DNA of 31,807 nt, from positions 1 through 31,807 of the IMG/VR virus record IMGVR_UViG_3300010376_000097, one strand, 5' to 3'. The stretch is from a virus. Lineage: Duplodnaviria; Caudoviricetes. The notes under the pieces are model-generated. The model made no database searches and was not told where the DNA came from. It worked only from the letters and a program-made list of their open reading frames with translations. Positions 8,520-16,766 of this stretch are shown one piece after another. The stretch's first letter is position 1, and each line of letters begins with the position of its first letter. Position numbers and translations under genes: made by a program.

Positions 8520-10199
8520 ATGAAAGTCCGAATCGTGAACTACGTCGGGTGCGCGCGGGCAGAGTTGGATCTGGACGGCGGAATCACCCTGGTTGCCGGC
8601 GATAATGCGGTCGGCAAGTCGAGCGTCCTGCGCGGGATCGGCGCCTTGCTGACCGGCGACACGATGCCGAAGGGCGTGAATAAGGGCGACAGCCAGGTCA
8701 TGATCATGGACGGAGCCAAGGCCGGCGAATTGATCCTAACGACCGGGGATTCCGCGGCAACCGTCACCTACCCCAATCCGAAATTTGTGACGCAAGGCGA
8801 GCCGCCCCAGGCGAGTCCCATCGCCGCCGGCCAGGCAGCCTTCACCGATTTCAAGGAGGACGATCGCGCCCGCTTTCTCCAAATGCTCCTGAACGCGCTG
8901 CCGACGCATGAGGGCCTGAATGAGGCCCTCAAGGATTACATGAGCGCGGAGGATATCGACAGCCTCACCGGCATGATCGAGCGGGAGGGATACGATGGCG
9001 CCTGCGAACGCCTGAAGGAGAAGCGCGTGAAGCTCAAGGGGCACTGGGAGGAGGTGACAGGGCAGCGCTGGGGCGACGTAAAGGCGCAGCAATGGATGCC
9101 AGAGGGCTGGGGCGAGTACGACGAGCAATCCGCGGAGCAAGTCTCTGCGCGCCTGGCAGCGAGCCAGGAGGCCTATGAGCGCGTGAGCAAGCAAGCGGCG
9201 ATAGACGAAGGAGAATACCAGGCCCTGGTCGATCTCCTGGGTAAACGCGAGCCCACCCAGATGGCCTTGGATATGGCGCGGCGCCAGCTGCCCACCATCG
9301 AGGCCGACTGGGCGAACCTACATGGTCAATTGGAGACATTGCCGCCGGAAGTCGAAACGGGTGTTCCCTGTCCACACTGCGGCGCGCATGTCGTGATCCG
9401 CTACGAAGACAACGGTACTTTCAGCCTGGACCCGATCGAGCCGATGACGGAGGGCGAGCCAGAGCGGCGCAGGCGGGCGATCGAGGCAAAGCGCGAGGAA
9501 GTGGCGGAGGCCTATCGCAAGCTCGAATACCAGCAAGGCCACATCGGCGCTTGCGAGCAAAGGCTCCGCGAGATCTCCGCCGCTGAAAGCAAGCTCAAGG
9601 GCGTCAAGAAGGGCGCGCAGGGCGATCCCAAAGCCGTTGAGAAGGCCAAGGCGCAAATGGAGAAGGCAGCGGCGAGTGCCGTGCGCGTCAAGCTCGCCAA
9701 GGACGCCGACAGTACCGCGGAGCGCGTCAGGCTCTATACCCTGGTCATCGACCTCCTGGCCCCTGACGGGCTGCGGCGCCGGGCGCTGAACGCCAAGCTG
9801 GCGGCGTTCGAGGCGGGCCCCCTCACGCTATTGGTCAAGGACGCGCCGACGTGGAAGGCGGTCACGATCGATCGCGAGACGCTCATGCCCCGCTATGGCG
9901 GGCGACCGTTCGTGCTGTGCAGCAAGTCGGAGCAATGGCGCACGAATACCATCCTCCAGATCGCCTTCGCGCAGGCAGAAGGTGCCGCGGCGGTGTGCAT
10001 CGACGGGGCCGACATCCTCTCACAGGACGGGCAGGACGATCTGTTTTGGGGCGTGCTGGGCAAGCTGCCATTCCCTGCGGTCGTCGGCTCGATGTACTCG
10101 CGCACCAAGCTCGTGCCCAATCTCGAAAAGGCCGGGATCGGCCATAGCTTCTGGATGACGGATGGCAGCCTCTACACGCTCGCGGAAGCGATGACGTGA
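8520..10199 (+). CDS. Rad50/SbcC-like ABC ATPase
   Basis: Walker A GDNAVGKSS, coiled coils around CPHC hook, CSKSE signature, VCIDGAD Walker B. Confidence 0.85.
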   Translation: MKVRIVNYVGCARAELDLDGGITLVAGDNAVGKSSVLRGIGALLTGDTMPKGVNKGDSQVMIMDGAKAGELILTTGDSAATVTYPNPKFVTQGEPPQASPIAAGQAAFTDFKEDDRARFLQMLLNALPTHEGLNEALKDYMSAEDIDSLTGMIEREGYDGACERLKEKRVKLKGHWEEVTGQRWGDVKAQQWMPEGWGEYDEQSAEQVSARLAASQEAYERVSKQAAIDEGEYQALVDLLGKREPTQMALDMARRQLPTIEADWANLHGQLETLPPEVETGVPCPHCGAHVVIRYEDNGTFSLDPIEPMTEGEPERRRRAIEAKREEVAEAYRKLEYQQGHIGACEQRLREISAAESKLKGVKKGAQGDPKAVEKAKAQMEKAAASAVRVKLAKDADSTAERVRLYTLVIDLLAPDGLRRRALNAKLAAFEAGPLTLLVKDAPTWKAVTIDRETLMPRYGGRPFVLCSKSEQWRTNTILQIAFAQAEGAAAVCIDGADILSQDGQDDLFWGVLGKLPFPAVVGSMYSRTKLVPNLEKAGIGHSFWMTDGSLYTLAEAMT

Positions 10200-10369
10200 C
10201 GGTGCTGGAGTTTGGCCTGCGCCTGGGCCGGTTCTTGCTGCAATGCATAGGCGCCTATGTCGCGGTGCTGATGACGCTCGATGAACTCTGGTGGACCTAT
10301 CGGCGCTACTGGCGCTATCTCGGCTCTGGCATCCTGGCGCTGGCGATCGTAGCTCTGTTCAATGCATAG
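10196..10369 (+). CDS. Small membrane protein
   Basis: GTGA-coupled 57-aa ORF with two hydrophobic segments. Confidence 0.55.
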   Translation: MTVLEFGLRLGRFLLQCIGAYVAVLMTLDELWWTYRRYWRYLGSGILALAIVALFNA

Positions 10370-10382
10370 AAAGGAGAACCCA

Positions 10383-10643
10383 ATGAGATCGCGCAATTTG
10401 ATTATCGCTCTGATCTTTGCCGGCGCTACCGCCTCATTGCTTGCCCAGTGCATCACAGCACGGGCTGGCGATGCTGGGCGTCAGGGCGAAGCGGGCATCG
10501 ACAGCCGGGCCGGCGGCGGCATCTGTGGTTGTCTCGGCAATGCGCCACTCGCCGATCATCCCGGCGGCGGCGGCCTCTATAACGATGGTGGCTACTCTGG
10601 TGGTCTGGGTTCAGGGACCACCGCAAGCGGCGCGGACTACTGA
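10383..10643 (+). CDS. Gly-rich exported peptide
   Basis: SD AAGGAG; signal-peptide-like N-terminus ending ARA. Confidence 0.6.
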   Translation: MRSRNLIIALIFAGATASLLAQCITARAGDAGRQGEAGIDSRAGGGICGCLGNAPLADHPGGGGLYNDGGYSGGLGSGTTASGADY

Positions 10644-10656
10644 AAGGGGGAATCCC

Positions 10657-10989
10657 ATGAATGAAATGTTAGACTTCTGGCTCTGCCGGCACAGCCAGCC
10701 GTTCAAAGGCCCCAACACGACGCTGTGCGGCCTTTTCCGCTTCCTCTGGTGGGAGTTCGTCCAACTCCCTGTGCTGCGCCGCTGGCATCTCTTCTGGCGC
10801 CGGCACTATCAGATCGAGCGCCCCGATCTGATAGAACGCGACCGGCTGATTCAGATGCACCTCGACGCGAAGCTTAGCCGGCGCCCGCTTACCGACGAAC
10901 AGAAGAAGCGCCTGCGCGACATTCTCAAGGCAGAGGAAATGCAGGAATATCCCGACACCACGATGAACGGTCGTCCGAAAGGCTCATGA
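10657..10989 (+). CDS. Hypothetical protein
   Basis: SD AAGGGGG before ATG 10657. Confidence 0.6.
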   Translation: MNEMLDFWLCRHSQPFKGPNTTLCGLFRFLWWEFVQLPVLRRWHLFWRRHYQIERPDLIERDRLIQMHLDAKLSRRPLTDEQKKRLRDILKAEEMQEYPDTTMNGRPKGS

Positions 10990-11150
10990 GGCGCTTCCCT
11001 GGAACTGAGGGCGGCAGGCCCAAGATTCCGACAGAGGTGTTTCGCCGCATGGAGAAGATTTACAAGCGAGGCGGGCGCACCTGGGCCGAAGTCGCCCGCC
11101 TCGTCGGGGTGTCGTATAGCGCGTATACCAAGTGGAAACGCAGGCAATGA
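10986..11150 (+). CDS. 54-aa stand-alone resolvase/Hin-type HTH protein
   Basis: GGRPKI...TWAEVARLVGVSYSAYTKWK; ATGA-coupled at both ends; not in ORF track. Confidence 0.75.
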   Translation: MRRFPGTEGGRPKIPTEVFRRMEKIYKRGGRTWAEVARLVGVSYSAYTKWKRRQ

Positions 11151-11404
11151 TGAGAGCCGCGGTGATCGTGGTCGCCGCTAGCGCCTTCGGTGGCCAGGCC
11201 ATGAAAGTCACCATCGACCAAACGTTGGTTTGCGAGTTCTCGCTGCCCGTCCCGCGGAAGCTGATCATTCAGCCTGATCATTCGGTGTACTACCAGCCAT
11301 GGTCCGGACACGCCGGCTTGCGGACGATCGGCCCATGGAGCCACGCCAAGAGAGACTGCACAGGCGGATATCCGATTCCGCCCAAAGAAAAAGGCCCCGG
11401 CTGA
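11147..11404 (+). CDS. Hypothetical protein, possibly exported
   Basis: ATGA-coupled, hydrophobic N-terminus. Confidence 0.55.
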   Translation: MMRAAVIVVAASAFGGQAMKVTIDQTLVCEFSLPVPRKLIIQPDHSVYYQPWSGHAGLRTIGPWSHAKRDCTGGYPIPPKEKGPG

Positions 11405-11414
11405 AGCCGGGGCC
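11384..11414 (-). terminator. Intrinsic terminator for the minus-strand virion operon
   Basis: GGCCCCGG-CUUCAG-CCGGGGCC then UUUUUCUUU on the minus strand. Confidence 0.8.
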
Positions 11415-11439
11415 AAAGGGCTCTGGGAGGAGCCACGTC

Positions 11440-11571
11440 ATGACGATTGTCTGGTCGGTTATAGCTTCACTCGGTGCGCTGGTTGTCCTCTACTTTCTCT
11501 TCATCCTCGCTGCCTATGCCATCTGGGGCTCTGAGTTGGAGGACGACGATTGGTGGACGACGCCTAAATAG
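11440..11571 (+). CDS. 43-aa membrane protein
   Basis: SD GGAGGAG; hydrophobic helix and acidic tail. Confidence 0.6.
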   Translation: MTIVWSVIASLGALVVLYFLFILAAYAIWGSELEDDDWWTTPK

Positions 11572-12451
11572 GCGTCAGCGTCACCGTTCCTTCAATCCGG
11601 TATTGCTGGGCCGTGCTTGGTGGTTCGCCGCCACCGCTCGGCGGCTCGCCGCCACCAGAGGAAGGGGGCGCATCACTGTCACCGCTCCAGGCATGGATGT
11701 TGCCGTGCCTAGCATAAGAATCCCATCGGCAGGCGTTCGTCGCCCCGCCGCCAGCGAAAAATGCGAAGTCATATAGGACATCATCGTCGGCGCCGACTTG
11801 CAGATGATGGCCGGGGATGCTGTTGGCGTGGAAGCCGTCATCGATCCAATATTCGGCGGAGCCATTATCGCCGCCGTGAATCCGAATGCGGATGTGATAG
11901 ACGTGGTTCGTTTCGATGACGGGTCCGTACTGCACGGGCTGGATTAGCTGATCGCCAGAGCGCTGATCCTGGCACGAGGGACTGAACTTGCCGTTCTGGT
12001 ATAGGCTGCCATTCCCGTTGTACCACATCATGGCGCGGGTTCCGCGTTTGGCGTCCTCGCCACCCACTTCCCCCCAATTGATACATGGCCCGATTTTTCC
12101 CCCACCGAGCTTCTCTGGATTCGGCGGCCAGAGATCGAACCCGTCCTCGAAAAGCCAATCAAATTCCAGATTGGCCGTCACCTTTGGGCTCTTGATCCGC
12201 AGGATGTAAAACTGTTGCCCTGCCGGCGGATTGGGGCCAGCCATGCCATAACCGTTTGCCGGATATTTCATGCGGCACGCCCGGTTGCCGTCGAAGCGGT
12301 CATCGTCCACGATGGAGAAATAAATCCCATTCGGGTCCATGTCTTGGAGCGTGTAGAGCGCGGAGTTGGGCCACGCCTTCTTCTTGTTGGCCGTCGTGAA
12401 AGCGCCAAGCGGCGCGAGGGTGAAGTCACTGCTGAAATTGTAGTCCGTCAT
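11564..12451 (-). CDS. Polysaccharide lyase-like (PL14/jelly-roll) protein
   Basis: RMKYPAN, F..GFD...GGK, R.MW pattern; Pro/Ser/Gly linker near the C-terminus. Confidence 0.55.
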   Translation of the reverse strand: MTDYNFSSDFTLAPLGAFTTANKKKAWPNSALYTLQDMDPNGIYFSIVDDDRFDGNRACRMKYPANGYGMAGPNPPAGQQFYILRIKSPKVTANLEFDWLFEDGFDLWPPNPEKLGGGKIGPCINWGEVGGEDAKRGTRAMMWYNGNGSLYQNGKFSPSCQDQRSGDQLIQPVQYGPVIETNHVYHIRIRIHGGDNGSAEYWIDDGFHANSIPGHHLQVGADDDVLYDFAFFAGGGATNACRWDSYARHGNIHAWSGDSDAPPSSGGGEPPSGGGEPPSTAQQYRIEGTVTLTPI

Positions 12452-12460
12452 GCATCTCTC

Positions 12461-12766
12461 CTATTCCTTTGGTGCCGTCGTCCCTGTCGTGCCGGTGCGC
12501 CTCTTGATCCATTCATCGACCGCGTCTCTCTCGGTCAGGTAGTCTCTCGCTTCAAGGACGTACCTTTCCCACAGCGGGCCGGGATAAGGGAAGGCCTCAT
12601 GATCGGGATCGAGCCCCTGCGAGCGGGCGAGCGCTCGCGCCACGACCTCGATGCGTGGATCAGCCGCGGCAATGCGCTCAAGGTCGATCTGTTGCCGCGT
12701 CTTCTGGCCAGCGGCACTGACGAGGATGAGGAGACAGATTGTGAGCAACACCCAACGCCAGCGCAT
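12461..12766 (-). CDS. Hypothetical membrane-anchored/exported protein
   Basis: Basic then hydrophobic N-terminus. Confidence 0.6.
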   Translation of the reverse strand: MRWRWVLLTICLLILVSAAGQKTRQQIDLERIAAADPRIEVVARALARSQGLDPDHEAFPYPGPLWERYVLEARDYLTERDAVDEWIKRRTGTTGTTAPKE

Positions 12767-12769
12767 GCA

Positions 12770-14170
12770 TCACGAGTACTCATAGATGATCGCGAAGGCG
12801 CTGCCCCCATTGCCGCCCTTCATCGAGCCCGATGTCATCATGGCGAGCGCACCGTCGCCGCCGCCGCCCCAGTTGACGGCGTTGTTGGCCACTGATGGGC
12901 CTCCGCCGATCGGGACGATGAGCATCGGAGGGCTGGGCGCGAAGTAGGAAGGGCCGCCGCGGCAGCACGCGCCGCTGTTGCCGGTGATCAGAGTCGGCGA
13001 ACCATAGCCGCCGGGAATGCTGGCATAGCCGGCGTTGCCGCTGTTGCCGCCCTGCGTTGCGGAGCCAAACCAAGCATCACTGACATAGGGAACGATCGAG
13101 CCTCCGGTCCCGCCATGGCCGGCAGCGGCGACCAGCTGACCGCCTGGCAGCGACACCGTGCCGAAAGTAGCGTCAGCCGGCGTGGTGCCATTGTTCGCGG
13201 CGCCCGCCGCACCGCCAACGCCGCCGGCAGGAAGGACGAGATTCTGCCCCGTGATGTTCGCCCCGGAGTAAGTCGCCCAGCGTGTCTCCCCGGCGCCGCC
13301 AGCATTGGCAATGGCAAGCTGGCCCGCCCCTGCCGCGGGCACGCCGCCGCCGCCGCCACCAGGCGCCTGCAAGATGATGGCGATGCTGTTGGCGCCGCCG
13401 GATGGCACGTAAGGCGTCTGCGAGGTGGAGAAGGTACGGATCGCGATCAGCTGCCCGCCGCCAACCTGGGCATCCACGTACTGTTTCGTGGCGATGCCGA
13501 GAGCCACCGTCGGGTTGGCGGAGACGGTCGCGCCGACGAGAAAGTTGGGCGCGTTCACCCATCCGGCATTCTTGCGAGCGTAGCTATTGCCGTCTGACGG
13601 CGCATCGCCGCCTGGAATCCCGCCGCCGCCGCCGCTCGCATAGTTCGCGGGCACCGACACCAGCTGCCAGCTGGTCCCGTCATAGACCAACTCGGCTTTT
13701 ATGCCGGCGCCAAGCTCGCCGCCCGTCAGCGCATGATTCAGGAAGGTGATCGGCTTGGCTGCACCGCCATTGACCGAGAGCGTGGCCGCGCCTGTGTTGG
13801 CAGCTATCGGGATGTAGTTGACGCGCTCACCCGCCGCGAGCGGGACTCCGGTGATCGCGGTCGTCACCGTCTGAGCATTGCCTGAACCGCCGACACTGGT
13901 GCCCCATACGCCGACGTCATTGACGAAGCTCCGGACATTCACCGCGTCCTGTGGCCCGGTCGGATCTCCGACATTGATGATCGGATAGTTGTTCATGTTG
14001 ATCGGGCCGGCAGGCGAGTTCTGACCATCCTTGGTCAGGCACATGCTCAACCCGGCGGCGAAGTCGTCGTCCTCGCCGTCGAAGCGCGAAGCCGTGATCG
14101 GGATGCCGTTGTTCTTGTCGGAAACCCAATTATAGAGTCTAACGAAGACTCCTGACCCGTTATACGGCAA
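12770..14170 (-). CDS. Tail fibre protein (TTG start)
   Basis: SD AAGGAGG; MPYNGSG anchor, DAVN and ATKQYVD shaft motifs, foldon-like motif, Gly-rich C-domain ending IIYEY. Confidence 0.85.
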   Translation of the reverse strand: MPYNGSGVFVRLYNWVSDKNNGIPITASRFDGEDDDFAAGLSMCLTKDGQNSPAGPINMNNYPIINVGDPTGPQDAVNVRSFVNDVGVWGTSVGGSGNAQTVTTAITGVPLAAGERVNYIPIAANTGAATLSVNGGAAKPITFLNHALTGGELGAGIKAELVYDGTSWQLVSVPANYASGGGGGIPGGDAPSDGNSYARKNAGWVNAPNFLVGATVSANPTVALGIATKQYVDAQVGGGQLIAIRTFSTSQTPYVPSGGANSIAIILQAPGGGGGGVPAAGAGQLAIANAGGAGETRWATYSGANITGQNLVLPAGGVGGAAGAANNGTTPADATFGTVSLPGGQLVAAAGHGGTGGSIVPYVSDAWFGSATQGGNSGNAGYASIPGGYGSPTLITGNSGACCRGGPSYFAPSPPMLIVPIGGGPSVANNAVNWGGGGDGALAMMTSGSMKGGNGGSAFAIIYEYS

Positions 14171-14185
14171 GTAATCCTCCTTCTG

Positions 14186-14854
14186 TTATTGAGAAGGAGG
14201 AGTAGCCTCCTTTCTCATTACTGCACGTTTACTTGCGCGAACCCGATGGCACGCTCTGCATTCCCGCGCACCAGTGCGGAGATTGATGTAGGTGTTTGCC
14301 TCGTCGTAGGGATGCCCATGCGGGCAATGCGTCTTCGCCAGATTCCTGGCGCCATTGGCCTTGCCGCCAAGTGCGAGCCCAGTCAGGTCGCGGCCCTTCT
14401 TGGGGATCTTTGCGTTGTAAGCACGCTTCCGTATCAGGCGGCAGGCGAGGCAGACGCGCTGACGCCCGACGATGATGATGTTGTCGCCCGATAGAGGATG
14501 CCCACGCTTGCAGTGCGTCTTAGCAAGCTGATGAGCGCGGGCGAGTTCAGCGCCTGTCCCTCGTCGTGTGTTCTCGGCGATGGTGACAACTTCCAAGTGA
14601 TCAGGGTTGACGCAGCGCCGCACGCGGCAGAGGTGATCCAAGACCATGCCGCGTGGGATGTCGCCGCGCTCCAGTTCATAGACCAAGCGGTGAGCCAGCC
14701 TGGGCTGCCCCATTATTCCGGTCACCCCATATCCATCGTCTCTGATGCTGCCGGTCCAGAGCCAGCACCCGGATGGCGCGACCTCGTATCGGGCCAGCTT
14801 TGCCCGGAAGCGGGCGATGCAGTGGCGGAGATACCGTCTCAGGATGGGCTGCAT
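14186..14854 (-). CDS. Free-standing HNH endonuclease
   Basis: CWLWTG..GYG..AHR..DHLCRVRRCVNPDHLEVVT..EN plus two KTHC..GH zinc-finger repeats. Confidence 0.92.
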   Translation of the reverse strand: MQPILRRYLRHCIARFRAKLARYEVAPSGCWLWTGSIRDDGYGVTGIMGQPRLAHRLVYELERGDIPRGMVLDHLCRVRRCVNPDHLEVVTIAENTRRGTGAELARAHQLAKTHCKRGHPLSGDNIIIVGRQRVCLACRLIRKRAYNAKIPKKGRDLTGLALGGKANGARNLAKTHCPHGHPYDEANTYINLRTGARECRACHRVRASKRAVMRKEATPPSQ

Positions 14855-14927
14855 GGCATCCTCCCAAAGGGCTATGGCTGGGAGGCGTAAACTATCCTAT
14901 CCTAGGACGAAAGGAGAACCCATCCCC

Positions 14928-15158
14928 ATGACTGACAGTGAGATTCTAGATTTCCTGCGCGAGAGATTCGCTCGCCTCGATGCCCGGCTCGACGGCATCG
15001 CGGCGGATATCCGCGATCTGAAGTTTCGCGTCACCAGCATCGAGCAACAGCTGGCTGGCTTGCGAGCCGATCTGGCCAATCAATCGCTGCGGATGGATCG
15101 CATCGAACTGCGCCTGGATCAGATCTGGCGCCGGCTCGATCTGGCGCCGATTGCGTAG
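14928..15158 (+). CDS. Small coiled-coil protein (moron)
   Basis: SD AAGGAG; heptad pattern; antisense to the operon. Confidence 0.75.
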   Translation: MTDSEILDFLRERFARLDARLDGIAADIRDLKFRVTSIEQQLAGLRADLANQSLRMDRIELRLDQIWRRLDLAPIA

Positions 15159-15171
15159 GAGAACCCATCCC

Positions 15172-15576
15172 ATGTTCAAACTGATGCTAATCGGCGCGAT
15201 CGGCTTCGTTCCCGCTGTCGCCTCCGCGAATCCGCTAAGCGATCAGCTTCTGACCTACCCGCCTGCGACTCAGGCCAGCATGCTCGGCCAGACCATTGTG
15301 GGATGCGTCGGCAAGAAGGCGGTTTACATGACCACGACCGACAACATCGATGCTGCCATCTGGCTTGTGCAGTGCGCCGGCCAAGAGGGGCATGACGGAT
15401 ATGTCCTTCGCATCACGCATGAAGGGAATACCGAAGCTCTGCCGTGCGCCGACTTCCAGCGCCGCTTTGGCATCGGCTGCTACTTTGGCGATCCACCCGA
15501 ATCTGAACGCACGGACGATCCCCACACCCAGGCACTGAAGGCGCTTCTCGGCGAGGAGTTCACGCCGCTGAACTAG
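15172..15576 (+). CDS. Exported Cys-containing protein (moron)
   Basis: SD AGGAG; signal peptide ending ASA; four Cys. Confidence 0.75.
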   Translation: MFKLMLIGAIGFVPAVASANPLSDQLLTYPPATQASMLGQTIVGCVGKKAVYMTTTDNIDAAIWLVQCAGQEGHDGYVLRITHEGNTEALPCADFQRRFGIGCYFGDPPESERTDDPHTQALKALLGEEFTPLN

Positions 15577-16754
15577 AAGGGCTTCGGGGGCGGAGGTGTG
15601 TTACTGCCGGGATCATGCCTGGCATAGTACTCGGCGAGCGCAGAGGGCGTCGTCGCCCCAGCTAGATAAGGCGCAGCAACCGCGGCGGGGATGGCGGTGC
15701 GCGGAGGCGGAAACCTTCCCGGCACGAAGCGGCCCGCAACGCGCGCCGGCCCGCTCGGTGTGCTGAGAGGGCGATAGATATTGCTCAGGAGGTTCTTTGC
15801 CCCAGTCCACATCTCCTCAGGTCCGCTGAATATAGCGTGTCTGACTTGCGGAGAAAAAATGGCCAAGGGCGTCAGAGTCTCCAGATCCAACGGTATCCCT
15901 GTAAGCTCTGAAAGCTTGTGTGCCAAATATCCTCCGCCGGCCGTCAACGCCGTCTTGCCCGCCCCCACGGCGATCGGTTTCACCACGGGCTTCATGGTTG
16001 GCATCCGTCCCGTCTCGATTCTGTTGACGAGATTGCCGCCCGCATCGGACATCAACTGTCCTCCCGCACCAGTGAGCGCGCCTAGCACCGTGTTGATCAG
16101 CTTTGCGCCTGTCGAGCCCTCGTCAGGTGAGTTGACATACCCCTGCGCCGCACCAATGCCCGTACTCGGGAGATATCTCACGAGGGCCTGCAATAGGGGC
16201 CGCGCCGCAAGCGGCGCCGCTGCGACATCGGCGAGCCAGCCGCCAGCTATCGTGGGGGCCGCGCCGCCCACCATGTTCGCGAGCCGCCCCTCTGTCGGGT
16301 ACATACCGGCGTAGGATTCGGCGCGTTTCTTGAGTCCGGGGTAGAAATAGCCGGCGCCCCCGAAGCTCGCTCCTTGCGCGACATTAGCGGCAAGCCCAGC
16401 GGGATCATCAGTGAGGGCTGCTTTAGTTAGAGCCCATGGTTCGACCGGGACGGATTGCTGCCCATATGGCAGCGGCGTTCCATACTTGTTGTGGAGAGCA
16501 AGCGCCAGATTCGCCCGGTAGTCGTCTTCAGGATTGGTGGTCGCCGCGCGAAAGGGTGTCATCCCTACCTGTGGCGGCAGCGTCAGCGTGGTCGTATTGC
16601 CGGCGACAGTAACAGGATTATCTCCCCCCTTCAGGCCTGGCAGAAGCGGTGCGCCAGGAGCGACGGTCGCGGTCGTGGCGGGGGCGGATTGCGATTGGTT
16701 GCTCGATTGCGATTGATCGTCACCCTTTAGTCCCGGCAGAAGTTGCTGACCCAT
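15573..16754 (-). CDS. Internal virion/DNA ejection protein
   Basis: Gly/Ala-rich amphipathic helices; position after other ejection genes. Confidence 0.65.
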   Translation of the reverse strand: MGQQLLPGLKGDDQSQSSNQSQSAPATTATVAPGAPLLPGLKGGDNPVTVAGNTTTLTLPPQVGMTPFRAATTNPEDDYRANLALALHNKYGTPLPYGQQSVPVEPWALTKAALTDDPAGLAANVAQGASFGGAGYFYPGLKKRAESYAGMYPTEGRLANMVGGAAPTIAGGWLADVAAAPLAARPLLQALVRYLPSTGIGAAQGYVNSPDEGSTGAKLINTVLGALTGAGGQLMSDAGGNLVNRIETGRMPTMKPVVKPIAVGAGKTALTAGGGYLAHKLSELTGIPLDLETLTPLAIFSPQVRHAIFSGPEEMWTGAKNLLSNIYRPLSTPSGPARVAGRFVPGRFPPPRTAIPAAVAAPYLAGATTPSALAEYYARHDPGSNTPPPPKPF

Positions 16755-16766
16755 GGCAATGCATTC

